From positions 24,222 through 88,221 of the IMG/VR virus record IMGVR_UViG_3300045988_113120: a stretch of DNA of 64,000 nt. One strand, given 5' to 3'. Positions within the stretch are counted from its first letter, which is position 1. Each line of letters opens with the position of its first letter. Source of the stretch: a virus. A model generated the notes under the pieces. That model saw only the letters and a program-made list of their open reading frames with translations. It searched no databases and was not told the DNA's origin. Below, in pieces: positions 46,035 to 55,055 of this stretch. Both the position numbers and the translations under genes were made by a program.

Positions 46035-46981
46035 ACAATTACTCCTTCCAATAACTCTTCTAATGCCTGCATATTATCTTCATGTACTCTATCATCTTGA
46101 TCTGCATCATCTTTGCCAGTCTTATAAGCAAACTTGATAATCTCCATAACTCTATCATAACTCACATTAACAACATTTTCCTTCAATCCGTTAAAAGCCC
46201 CACTGATAATTTCCTTGTATGTCTGCGCAATATCATCAAACAATACATGAGTTTCTTCCTCTGTGATTGTTGCATACAGAAATGTCATTGCAGGGCTACT
46301 ATGATTCAATAATCTCATAAGTGTATACAATACGTTCTGATCATCTTTATGATCGACAAGTGTCCAATACACAAAGTTCTTTCGTAATGTATGCGTACCA
46401 ATATTGTCCTCAATTCCAACTGCTTTAGCACCTTTTTTAACAAAATCCAAAGCATTTGCTTCAGTCATGTGTCCTGATCCAGACTTACATGTTCCAAAAA
46501 CATAATCATCCATTGGCACTTCGCCATCAATCTTGACATCATATTTAGTTCCTGCAACAGCTTCAAAGAAAATATCCACTGCTTCAGTTACCAAATCGTT
46601 AAAGTATACAGTTCTGAATTTCTTTGTTTTCTTTTCCTGCTTACGAGTCTTATCGTCTAATAAATCGCCCCATTTGAGTCTGACGATATCAGAGATACGA
46701 TATGCTGTATTGTTTCCAACTGCAACCAAAAGATTGTTTCTGGCAGCTACATATCGTTTGTACTCTGTGTACGATTTATCAATCTGGTCTCTAAAATATG
46801 CATTAAAGGCTGCAAATTTTTCTTTGTTCTTAATTGGATACACTAAAGATGATACGCCTTTTTGTTTATTAGATCGAGTCCATTTAGGATTTCCGTCCTT
46901 ACGTCTTTTGATCTTTGCTTCAGGTTCTTCTGCGTTATTATTGTTTGCTGTTTTAATAACTTCAAACTGTGTTGCTGCCAT
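46031..46981 (-). CDS. Tyrosine recombinase / phage integrase family protein
   Basis: 316 aa. The catalytic core has an R (RISDIVRLKWGDL), an HxxR (GTHTLRKNF) and the nucleophile Y context (LLNHSSPAMTFLY). The start overlaps the phosphoesterase gene by 4 bp. Confidence 0.65.
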   Translation of the reverse strand: MAATQFEVIKTANNNNAEEPEAKIKRRKDGNPKWTRSNKQKGVSSLVYPIKNKEKFAAFNAYFRDQIDKSYTEYKRYVAARNNLLVAVGNNTAYRISDIVRLKWGDLLDDKTRKQEKKTKKFRTVYFNDLVTEAVDIFFEAVAGTKYDVKIDGEVPMDDYVFGTCKSGSGHMTEANALDFVKKGAKAVGIEDNIGTHTLRKNFVYWTLVDHKDDQNVLYTLMRLLNHSSPAMTFLYATITEEETHVLFDDIAQTYKEIISGAFNGLKENVVNVSYDRVMEIIKFAYKTGKDDADQDDRVHEDNMQALEELLEGVIV

Positions 46982-47007
46982 GATAATCTCTCCTCTCTTA
47001 ATTATTC

Positions 47008-47340
47008 TTACACTCTCTTAATTACTTTTTCTATTTCCTGTGCCAACAGAAAATCATTTATTGCATTTTCATCGTCAGTAATCAATGTATATTTCCATAC
47101 TGGGGAACCATGATATGATATATCTTCAACCTTAAATAATGCTCTTTTACCAGTGTTATTTTCTCTATGATCTGACTCCAATAACTCTGTATGAATTCCC
47201 CAACTATCATATAGATGTCCATCGTATAGTATTTGAGCCGCAGCTATTAATATATTATATTTACTCACATCAACCTCTGTATTCACTGTTCCGTATAATT
47301 TCATTGTTCCAATCTCCTCTCTAATTATTGCACTGTTCAC
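47008..47340 (-). CDS. Hypothetical protein
   Basis: 110 aa ORF. Confidence 0.4.
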   Translation of the reverse strand: MNSAIIREEIGTMKLYGTVNTEVDVSKYNILIAAAQILYDGHLYDSWGIHTELLESDHRENNTGKRALFKVEDISYHGSPVWKYTLITDDENAINDFLLAQEIEKVIKRV

Positions 47341-47457
47341 GTACTTCTGGTCTAATTTCTACTTCGATTAATTCCATAATTCTTACTCCTATTCTCTAAA
47401 TTTAGGCAAAATAAAAAGAAGCCATAAGCTTCTCAATCTCATTCTGTTATTCAATTT

Positions 47458-47922
47458 CTACAATGGTCTAATAATATCAGGATTCATGATCAGAATACTA
47501 TCACAATCCCAACCGTAAAGCTCATAATATAACTCATAATCACCTTTGGATAAATTAAGCTTAATTGCATCAACTCCATCTTCGACCATCTTCTCAAAAT
47601 CTGGCACAACGCCCATTGTATCAAATAAATATTCTGGGAGATATCCCGATAGATCTTGCGTTGGAACCTGCTTTAAATCGGCTTTCGCTGTCCATTCAAC
47701 AATATTTGCCGAATCATCCAATGTAAATTTAAAGTTTTTGTCTAGTTTATCAATTCTAAAATCATTATCAATACACCATTTCTCCCACGGCTGATCCGCC
47801 TTTATATCCGATGCCCATAAACCTCCAAATGGTTTGTTAATCATGTTTCTGTTCACAATTGACATAAACAACTCTTTCTCAAACTTATCACTTCCGTAGT
47901 GAATATAAATATTTTCTGACAT
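47458..47922 (-). CDS. Hypothetical protein
   Basis: 154 aa ORF. A terminator hairpin lies downstream at ~47395..47430 on the minus strand. Confidence 0.4.
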   Translation of the reverse strand: MSENIYIHYGSDKFEKELFMSIVNRNMINKPFGGLWASDIKADQPWEKWCIDNDFRIDKLDKNFKFTLDDSANIVEWTAKADLKQVPTQDLSGYLPEYLFDTMGVVPDFEKMVEDGVDAIKLNLSKGDYELYYELYGWDCDSILIMNPDIIRPL

Positions 47923-47943
47923 TTTTCCATCCTTTCGTCAAAC

Positions 47944-48663
47944 TTATCCTGTCATCTGCTTCTCAAACAACTGTCTTTCCAACGCACCAAAATCATAATC
48001 ACGATCACATTCCAAGTGTGCAAGGTTCGTTACCTTTGGCTTTTGTTTAGCGTTCATCTTAGCCTGATTTCGTTCCCAGTTTCGTACTGCTGCCTTCCAG
48101 TCTTGCATCTTGCTATTGCCCATCATCCAATCTTTGGCTGTGTAATAATCCACAAACTCTTCTGGATCAATCCCATTGTTTCTTTGTTGACAATATCTGG
48201 AGACTTGCTCGCAATCAGGCGGTGTGAATCGCTTTATATTATTATTATATTTATTATTATTCTTTACTTTCTTTTTATGTGTCGCTTCTGCGTCGTTTTG
48301 GTGTCGTTTCTGTGTAGTTTTTTCATCTACAAAACCTTGATAAACACTGTAATTTACTATGGTTATGACTGTCTTTTTAGTGTCGCTTTTTACATGTATG
48401 ATACTGTCGTTTTCCAGTGTCTTTAAAAATTTGACAACCTTTGAATTACTCCATCCCCATCGATCACACAATCTTCTGATCGAAGTAACTACCGATCCTC
48501 GCTCAACTGTTTCTAAATTTCCATCAATGTATTTCGATTGATCATTATATCCTGCGAGAATCAATAAGTCAATCATTGCTTGTCCTCTGGCAAATGGTTT
48601 GTCTTCCCATAGCCAATGATCTGTAATTTTCCGATGGAGTTTAATCCATCCTGTGTTACTCAT
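47944..48663 (-). CDS. Putative phage replisome-organizer / replication-initiator N-terminal domain protein (HTH)
   Basis: 239 aa. The N-terminus WIKLHRKITDHWLWEDKPFARGQAMIDLLILAGYND...VERGSVVTSIRRLCDRWGWSNSKVVKFLKTLE resembles phage Rep-organizer N-terminal wHTH domains. Confidence 0.35.
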   Translation of the reverse strand: MSNTGWIKLHRKITDHWLWEDKPFARGQAMIDLLILAGYNDQSKYIDGNLETVERGSVVTSIRRLCDRWGWSNSKVVKFLKTLENDSIIHVKSDTKKTVITIVNYSVYQGFVDEKTTQKRHQNDAEATHKKKVKNNNKYNNNIKRFTPPDCEQVSRYCQQRNNGIDPEEFVDYYTAKDWMMGNSKMQDWKAAVRNWERNQAKMNAKQKPKVTNLAHLECDRDYDFGALERQLFEKQMTG

Positions 48664-48692
48664 GGCATCGCTCCCCTCTATATGTGGAGATA

Positions 48693-48952
48693 AAATTCTC
48701 CTTTCACTGTTTTAAATGCTTACCTGTTAATTCATCAATTGCATAATGTGTCATAAATTCATCATAACTCATTATACGTTTACCACAGTCACAGCATGTC
48801 ATACATTTATTATATGTACAGCATTCAATAATTTCTTCATCTTGAAAATGTCCATCAAAACTATATATATATCGGTTCCAGTAGCTTTAAACCTAACAGC
48901 CATTCCACGATCACTTCCGCAGTGCGGACATTTTGTTATTGGGTTTCTCATT
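48693..48952 (-). pseudogene. Zinc-ribbon protein gene split by a frameshift at a (TA)5 run
   Basis: The minus-strand ORF MRNPITKCPHCGSD... stops after ~56 aa. The +1 frame continues ...EEIIECCTYNKCMTCCDCGKR...ELTGKHLK. The junction falls at ctatatatatatcgg (48868..48882). Confidence 0.3.
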
Positions 48953-49334
48953 TAGCACCTTCTTCTAATTCTATCTCTTCAATCTCATTTTGTTTTATCC
49001 AACGATCAGAAACTTCCATCATCATATTAATATACGAGATAGGGAAATTTCCATTATAAATTTCTTTTCGTTCCTTATAAAATTTCAACAACTTATCATC
49101 GCTCCAGCTTTTGAACTGATTACTCACGATATTTTCTTTCTTCATATTTTCATGTTCTCGAATCCATCGCTTGCCGATTTCTTCCAAGACTATATATTGT
49201 TCTAAAAAAGTTCTATCGTCTCTTATTCCATGTGATCTTACCTGAATGTCTAACTTTCCCTGCTCCAACAGTTCATCATCTGTATATTCAAACGTACATT
49301 TGTGATCATTCAAATCCACCATTCGTACCACCAC
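48948..49334 (-). CDS. Hypothetical protein
   Basis: 128 aa ORF. Confidence 0.4.
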   Translation of the reverse strand: MVVRMVDLNDHKCTFEYTDDELLEQGKLDIQVRSHGIRDDRTFLEQYIVLEEIGKRWIREHENMKKENIVSNQFKSWSDDKLLKFYKERKEIYNGNFPISYINMMMEVSDRWIKQNEIEEIELEEGAK

Positions 49335-49350
49335 CTATCAAATTTTCGTT

Positions 49351-50079
49351 TTATTCTTCATCAAGTTCCATATGATTTACATCAACAGGATTCTCTAATT
49401 TTAAAATATCTTCTTTCTGTTCTACAAGAGCCCGTTGAGCTATTGCATTAATTTTATTCTGTGCAAAAGCCTCGATTTCTCCTTTAGCTTCTGTAATTGT
49501 TTTGTCTATCTGATTTTGGAATTGATCAAAGATAAATTTTGAACTAGATTCAATACCTTGAGTCACGTTGGCAAGTCTTCTCAGGATCATTTCTCGATCG
49601 CCTTTTCCAATAGATTTCTTCGTAGTAAAAAGCTCCTTGACTTCATCATAAAATTCTTTTGCATCGCTCATACGCTCGTTCATAAACTCTTTAAATTCAT
49701 TTGTTATCTGCTGTCTTTTATTGATAAAATCCGCTTCGTTAATACGTCCTTTACCACGTAAATATTTAATAGTACATGGAATACCTGTTCCAACATTCAT
49801 AGAAGTAATTAATTCCGCAAATTGTGATTGCGACATTTCTACTTCCAGAATCTCATCTTCTCCAACATACCTATCATCATTGAGTCCCCTTATAACCACA
49901 CCTTCCTTTAATACCATATGGATTGTATCGTTATGCTGAATGCTACTGCCAAATAAATTGCTATGCCCGCCATGAGTACGATTGAATGATAACATTCCAA
50001 ATGATGGGTGTTTATATGATGTTCCAAGAACATCTTCTGATATTATATAATCTCCTTCTTTCCTAATATTTTTTTCCAT
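49351..50079 (-). CDS. Hypothetical protein
   Basis: 242 aa ORF. Confidence 0.4.
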   Translation of the reverse strand: MEKNIRKEGDYIISEDVLGTSYKHPSFGMLSFNRTHGGHSNLFGSSIQHNDTIHMVLKEGVVIRGLNDDRYVGEDEILEVEMSQSQFAELITSMNVGTGIPCTIKYLRGKGRINEADFINKRQQITNEFKEFMNERMSDAKEFYDEVKELFTTKKSIGKGDREMILRRLANVTQGIESSSKFIFDQFQNQIDKTITEAKGEIEAFAQNKINAIAQRALVEQKEDILKLENPVDVNHMELDEE

Positions 50080-50171
50080 TTATTTCCTCTTCTTTCCTAT
50101 ATTTTTATTTGTATTTTTAAAGCATACCAAAAAATGATATGCTTTAATTTATTTCATCTTATTAAGTTACT

Positions 50172-50957
50172 CTAAAATTCATCCCATTCTTCATCAATTA
50201 TTAACCCAAATGCAGGATGATATTCTGCCTCGCAAACTACATGATCTTTATACATTCTATATCCTTTTTCAAGCACATATTTAACAGGAAATGGACATTC
50301 AAACATATCCAAATCTCCATCTTTAATTGCTTCGTCTAACTTACATTCTGGAATTGCAAGAATAGAATGTCCACAATCCACAAAGTAATAATTGAATTCT
50401 TTTAATTCCTCTGGAAGTCCTTCGTAATTATCTTTCTTTACTCCATGAAGATCTGCTACACTTCTACGAATTGTATTTGTTTCTACTTCTTCCTCTGCTG
50501 TCTGATCATCTTTGTCATCAAAAACCGACCATGCTAAGGTTCTGCAAAAATCTCCTGACCAGTTTGAAATTATGGCACAAAATGGCGTTGGAATATCCAC
50601 AATAAATGGCAATTCAGGATGATATTCACCCAAGGATTTTCCAAACAAATCTTTGTAAGCACACTCTATTGATTTCATTGCAAGGGATAATCCGCTTCTA
50701 TCTTTGCATCCTACTGTTGTCAGCAATACAATATTTTCGCCTTCAGCCTCTAATATAACTTCTGCACAATAGAAAGCTCCATCCGCAGTAATATGCAATT
50801 TAGTTCCATCCATAAACGGTACTGTGTAATTAGATGATACATTCCTATCAAATTCAATAAGCTCTCTCATTCTAGTTCTTATTTCACTACTGATTTCCTC
50901 TGAATAAGATTTTCTCATATGCCCTGTCAACAGAGTATAATGATTAATATATTCCAT
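50172..50957 (-). CDS. Hypothetical protein
   Basis: 261 aa ORF. Confidence 0.4.
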   Translation of the reverse strand: MEYINHYTLLTGHMRKSYSEEISSEIRTRMRELIEFDRNVSSNYTVPFMDGTKLHITADGAFYCAEVILEAEGENIVLLTTVGCKDRSGLSLAMKSIECAYKDLFGKSLGEYHPELPFIVDIPTPFCAIISNWSGDFCRTLAWSVFDDKDDQTAEEEVETNTIRRSVADLHGVKKDNYEGLPEELKEFNYYFVDCGHSILAIPECKLDEAIKDGDLDMFECPFPVKYVLEKGYRMYKDHVVCEAEYHPAFGLIIDEEWDEF

Positions 50958-51946
50958 TACTTGTCCACCTTAACCCTTCTCATTTCTCTGACTTCTTTTT
51001 TATACTGTTCGATAGCATCAAGTGCATTTTCAGTATAACAAAAATCATACCTTTTCGCAAAGTTATTTACAGACCTGTAATTGACTATAGGTACTTCCAC
51101 GCACCCTTTGTCTCGATTATATCGATTATTCACAATTTTCCTTGAAGCGTTGTAAATTTCATTACTCCTTGCACTCCAACGCAATGTTAGAACTTTATCT
51201 TTTGAATCGTAATTAATCCAACGAGTGTTTTCTTTTTTATAGTTACCGCTGATTGCCATTTCTGTGATTTCGCTATCATGAATACAAATAGCAAACCCAT
51301 TTTGTAATAAACTGTGTCCAATTTCTGCTGCTCTGTCAGCATAATTTCCGCTTTTCTCGGTCAGACAACGACACCAACAACAATCATCTTCATTCCATCT
51401 ATAATCTTTTGATTTAACCAAATTAATGAAATCCTGATCTTTCAGGTAAAACAAGCATATTTTATCAAGTTTTTTAACAATTTCCACAACACCTTCATGT
51501 TCTAGTCTTTCTGGTGCCACAGCATCAATACTAATGATTCTTTCTCGACGCTCTTTCTCCCTCTTAGTTCGTTTATATTTTCGCAGAAAATCTTGTTTAC
51601 TAATAAATCGATCTAAGTCTAACCAAAAAGAGGCTGTCGTTTCATTTTCTATAATTTCCTGTACTGTTCTGTCGTTTTCAAACTCATTATAAACATCCAA
51701 TCGAATTGTATTAGCCCACGCTACTTGTTTTTTTGTTCCTGTCAATTCTGGAAATCCATATTCTTTTGATAGTGCCTCAGAGTTTTTGTTTTCTTCTGTA
51801 ATCTGTTTTTCTCTTTCTTTTTTTTCACATTGTGGACATAGATGAGAAAAAGCATAGTCAACTTTTCTCTGTCTTTCACTCATTTTTCCAATAACATTTA
51901 CTACTCCATCATGCCCACAAGCGTAAGTGCCTTCATATTTAGCCAT
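50957..51946 (-). CDS. Hypothetical protein with N-terminal zinc-ribbon-like motif
   Basis: 329 aa with the motif CGHDG...CPQCEKK. Confidence 0.4.
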   Translation of the reverse strand: MAKYEGTYACGHDGVVNVIGKMSERQRKVDYAFSHLCPQCEKKEREKQITEENKNSEALSKEYGFPELTGTKKQVAWANTIRLDVYNEFENDRTVQEIIENETTASFWLDLDRFISKQDFLRKYKRTKREKERRERIISIDAVAPERLEHEGVVEIVKKLDKICLFYLKDQDFINLVKSKDYRWNEDDCCWCRCLTEKSGNYADRAAEIGHSLLQNGFAICIHDSEITEMAISGNYKKENTRWINYDSKDKVLTLRWSARSNEIYNASRKIVNNRYNRDKGCVEVPIVNYRSVNNFAKRYDFCYTENALDAIEQYKKEVREMRRVKVDK

Positions 51947-52122
51947 ACTTATCCCATTTCCTTTCCATCAAAGTTTCATTTTATTCTTTGCAGGCTACAA
52001 TGCAAGTTGGATAACTGTAATCAAACAATTTTCTGGCAGGCATTGCCTTAATAATCGTGTTAACAATTTGGATTTTCCAATACCTTTTAATGTTAATATT
52101 TCCATTTCCATCACCTCAATTT

Positions 52123-52707
52123 CTAAATTCTAATACCATGCTCTGCCTCATATCTACACCAGCAATCAATATATCCATCTTCATCATTAACATCTAAATA
52201 CTGTTCGTATTTATCCATGAGTGGATACATTTCATTATAACAAATATCTTCGTTGATAAAGCTCCAAATATCAATATAAATTGTATTATAAAAATCTTCT
52301 GGGACATAATCATATACATCTGCACAGATGATTTCTACCTTATTACTCAATGGCAACTGACTTGCTACCAAATCAATAACTTCCTGATTCTTTTCCACTA
52401 CAGTTATCTTATCTACCATTGGATCATCTTGAATCGCAAGTAAAATCAAGCCAATTCCAAGTCCACCAATAAGAACTTTCCCATGAGCATTTGTTACAAA
52501 ATCTTCATTTGTTCTTTTTTCCATTGGTGTATTAGACATTAAGACACTTCCTCTATGTTCTAATCTCACATAATCTCCTGGTGCAATTCCATGACACATG
52601 GCGTATCCATCATGGTTGCTTATTGTAAAATGAGACAATTTAAAATCTCCAATCTGTCTATCTTTTAAAATTTTTCTCATATCTTCATACATATATCTAT
52701 CTTCCAT
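52123..52707 (-). CDS. Class-I SAM-dependent methyltransferase / spermidine-synthase-fold protein (tentative)
   Basis: 194 aa. The pattern KVLIGGLGIG...KITVVEKNQEVIDL...IICADVYDYV...YIDIW parallels aminopropyltransferase/MTase motifs I, II and III. Confidence 0.35.
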   Translation of the reverse strand: MEDRYMYEDMRKILKDRQIGDFKLSHFTISNHDGYAMCHGIAPGDYVRLEHRGSVLMSNTPMEKRTNEDFVTNAHGKVLIGGLGIGLILLAIQDDPMVDKITVVEKNQEVIDLVASQLPLSNKVEIICADVYDYVPEDFYNTIYIDIWSFINEDICYNEMYPLMDKYEQYLDVNDEDGYIDCWCRYEAEHGIRI

Positions 52708-52760
52708 TTACTCTCATTCCTTCTGATCAAATATTTGTTTTATTTTATCATATCTCTTTC

Positions 52761-53387
52761 TTAGTTGTCATTACCATCTCTTTTATCTTTTCGTTCACGA
52801 GACTTCATAATAAATTTATAATAATCTTCATAATCTTTAAATGACTTATAGTTTCCAGTATAAACATCAAAACACTGTTCATTTCTAACCATTGTATAAT
52901 CGTTAGCAGATACAATAAGGTAAACATCTAAAGGTTCTTCTAATACAATATCAAATAAATCCATTTTAATTTCATTTATGGTATCTACGCTTAATCCACT
53001 ATCGACTGCATCAATAAGAATAAATAATTCTTTTTCATCCTTCGTTTTGCACACAGCAACTGTATTTCCAATTTGTCCTGCAAGTCTACCGATGTTTTGA
53101 ATAATTCCTTCTCCCTCAGATGAACAATATTGCTGTGCTACTATATCAAAATTTCCAAGATATACAGCATCTGCTATTGTATTATGCTTGTTATCAGATA
53201 CATTATCATAGTTTATACAGCTAATACCTTTGTCTGTAACGATTTTTTTAATCTGTTGTAACAAAGTTGTTTTTCCACTACCATTGCACCCAACTAATAC
53301 GGTTAATCCAGGATTAATTTCAATATTCTTTTTCCGAAACATTGTTTTCTTGTTTCCATAAGGATTTGTTTCAATTTTAAATTTCAT
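52761..53387 (-). CDS. Minimal ABC-type/AAA ATPase
   Basis: 208 aa. Walker A VLVGCNGSGKTTLL, a Q-loop-like QQY, and a Walker B-like LFILIDAVDSGLS. Confidence 0.5.
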   Translation of the reverse strand: MKFKIETNPYGNKKTMFRKKNIEINPGLTVLVGCNGSGKTTLLQQIKKIVTDKGISCINYDNVSDNKHNTIADAVYLGNFDIVAQQYCSSEGEGIIQNIGRLAGQIGNTVAVCKTKDEKELFILIDAVDSGLSVDTINEIKMDLFDIVLEEPLDVYLIVSANDYTMVRNEQCFDVYTGNYKSFKDYEDYYKFIMKSRERKDKRDGNDN

Positions 53388-53402
53388 TATTCTTCCTCTT
53401 TC

Positions 53403-54500
53403 TTATTCACTAATAATTTCCACCGCAGCCTCATAAAATCTATTGTATAAAGTTGCATTTGTTTTAATAAGCTGGGATTTAGACAATCCATGAGCATACT
53501 CATCCCAATTAACGCCATTCTCTGTCATCTTAGTATAAATTTTCCGATAAACAGAAGTTCCGCCTTTAGATTTATTTCCAATATGATTAGCATAATTAGT
53601 AATCTTAATTTTCATTTCTTCCCAATCAGGCTGTGCATTTTCTTTGCGGAACTGTCGCAGAAGTTTTTCCAATGAATTGACTAGCAGATCAGGGTACTTG
53701 TCATAGCAAAGATCAATCGTTGGCACGTTACCTCTTTCCCCGATATTATATTTCTCTTTGTATTCTTTCCGATCCTGCTCCCACACAATTCCATATGTGT
53801 TAGTAAGATACCTGTATGCTTCTCTGAGAATATCTCTCGTAGTAGTCCCTAATTCATCAGATTCTTTTAGAATATCATCAATGATTGAATAGACGTTAGA
53901 CTTCCATTCATTGAGTTTGTATTCTGCGATAACACTTTCCGTATCCACTACTGGAATATCTTTCGTAGGTTTACCGATCTGCTTATACAGTTCTTTCCGT
54001 TCGGCTTTCATTTCTTTAACAATATCTGCCAGCTGATTAAATCCCTTGATAGTAACCTTATACAGGCGTTCATTGTTTCTTTCCATCTGCCTCATAAGTT
54101 CTGTCTGTTCTGTAAGAAATTGCTCCACTGTTGTTACAGGAGTTCCTGTTCTTAAATTCCCATGACGATAAGCTTTGATAATATTCCATGCCCAATCCAT
54201 AAAGGCATCTGCTTTTGGTTGACGACTTAACCTACATATCTCAAATACTCCCAGCTCATTATATACAACTGTTTCCCTATTCCTTCCATCAACCGTCCTC
54301 GTTTTGAGGACACTTGATTTTCCAATAAACCGAGCCTTGTTCTTGTCGTGAATATTTTGGATTGCTTTTCTTGGATCTGCATATTCCAGTGCTTCTCCAA
54401 TTTGATTTCTTGTCATCCAAATATCGTCCTCATAACTATAAAAATCACACGATAAATCGTTAAAATTTTCCGTTTTACTAACTGTAGGTTCATTCTTCAT
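53403..54500 (-). CDS. Bro-N/ORF6N-like antirepressor-family protein (tentative)
   Basis: 365 aa. N-terminal DIWMTRNQIGEALEYADPRKAIQNIHDKN resembles KilA-N/ORF6N domains. Confidence 0.35.
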   Translation of the reverse strand: MKNEPTVSKTENFNDLSCDFYSYEDDIWMTRNQIGEALEYADPRKAIQNIHDKNKARFIGKSSVLKTRTVDGRNRETVVYNELGVFEICRLSRQPKADAFMDWAWNIIKAYRHGNLRTGTPVTTVEQFLTEQTELMRQMERNNERLYKVTIKGFNQLADIVKEMKAERKELYKQIGKPTKDIPVVDTESVIAEYKLNEWKSNVYSIIDDILKESDELGTTTRDILREAYRYLTNTYGIVWEQDRKEYKEKYNIGERGNVPTIDLCYDKYPDLLVNSLEKLLRQFRKENAQPDWEEMKIKITNYANHIGNKSKGGTSVYRKIYTKMTENGVNWDEYAHGLSKSQLIKTNATLYNRFYEAAVEIISE

Positions 54501-54754
54501 CTTCCTTTCTAAACTGTCTTATTTTTCTCTACACTCATTATTTTTGTATAACTGTATTCCGTAAACCAATAGGAATAAAATCAACATTTAATTCCAACTA
54601 TTAGTGTGCCAATCTTAATAGAAACCTATTCTATTCCTATTAGCTCTCTATGTAATCAACACCTTATCCATTAACATTTATATGCTTAGTGAATCATTAG
54701 TTTGTGTATAATAAATTTGACAAAGAACCGACCTGCCAAATCGGTTCCTGTCAA

Positions 54755-54800
54755 ATATTTCCGTAAAATAAAAAGAACCTTCCGTTCGGTTCTTTGCCAA
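54755..54800 (-). terminator. Hairpin terminator downstream of 54816..55055 (minus strand)
   Basis: On the minus strand, aaagaacc-gaacggaa-ggttcttt is followed by a T-rich tract. A related imperfect hairpin (gaaccga/tcggttc) lies at 54722..54755. Confidence 0.4.
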
Positions 54801-54815
54801 AATTATTATATGGAA

Positions 54816-55055
54816 TTATAAAATAAATGCCGTTCCTATTTTCATAATAAACCAAGTCCATAAAATAATAGTAGTTGGTTTATCAATAACATTTATTATA
54901 TCCTCTAATAAGTTTGTATACTTCTTATAAGCTATTGTAGAATATTTTCCATTAATTAATATCAAAAATTCATTTGCAATCATAACTATGACTTTGAATG
55001 TAATCATTACTCCTACAAATACATCTGAATACCGAATAATCTGTTCTAATTCCAT
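54816..55055 (-). CDS. Small membrane protein
   Basis: 79 aa with two hydrophobic helices. Confidence 0.4.
   Translation of the reverse strand: MELEQIIRYSDVFVGVMITFKVIVMIANEFLILINGKYSTIAYKKYTNLLEDIINVIDKPTTIILWTWFIMKIGTAFIL

Noticed and set aside
54721-54800. Repeated gaaccg/cggttc hairpins as a CRISPR-like or mobile-element end
   Set aside because: There are two imperfect hairpins only, with no unique spacers. They are positioned as transcription terminators for the 54816..55055 gene.
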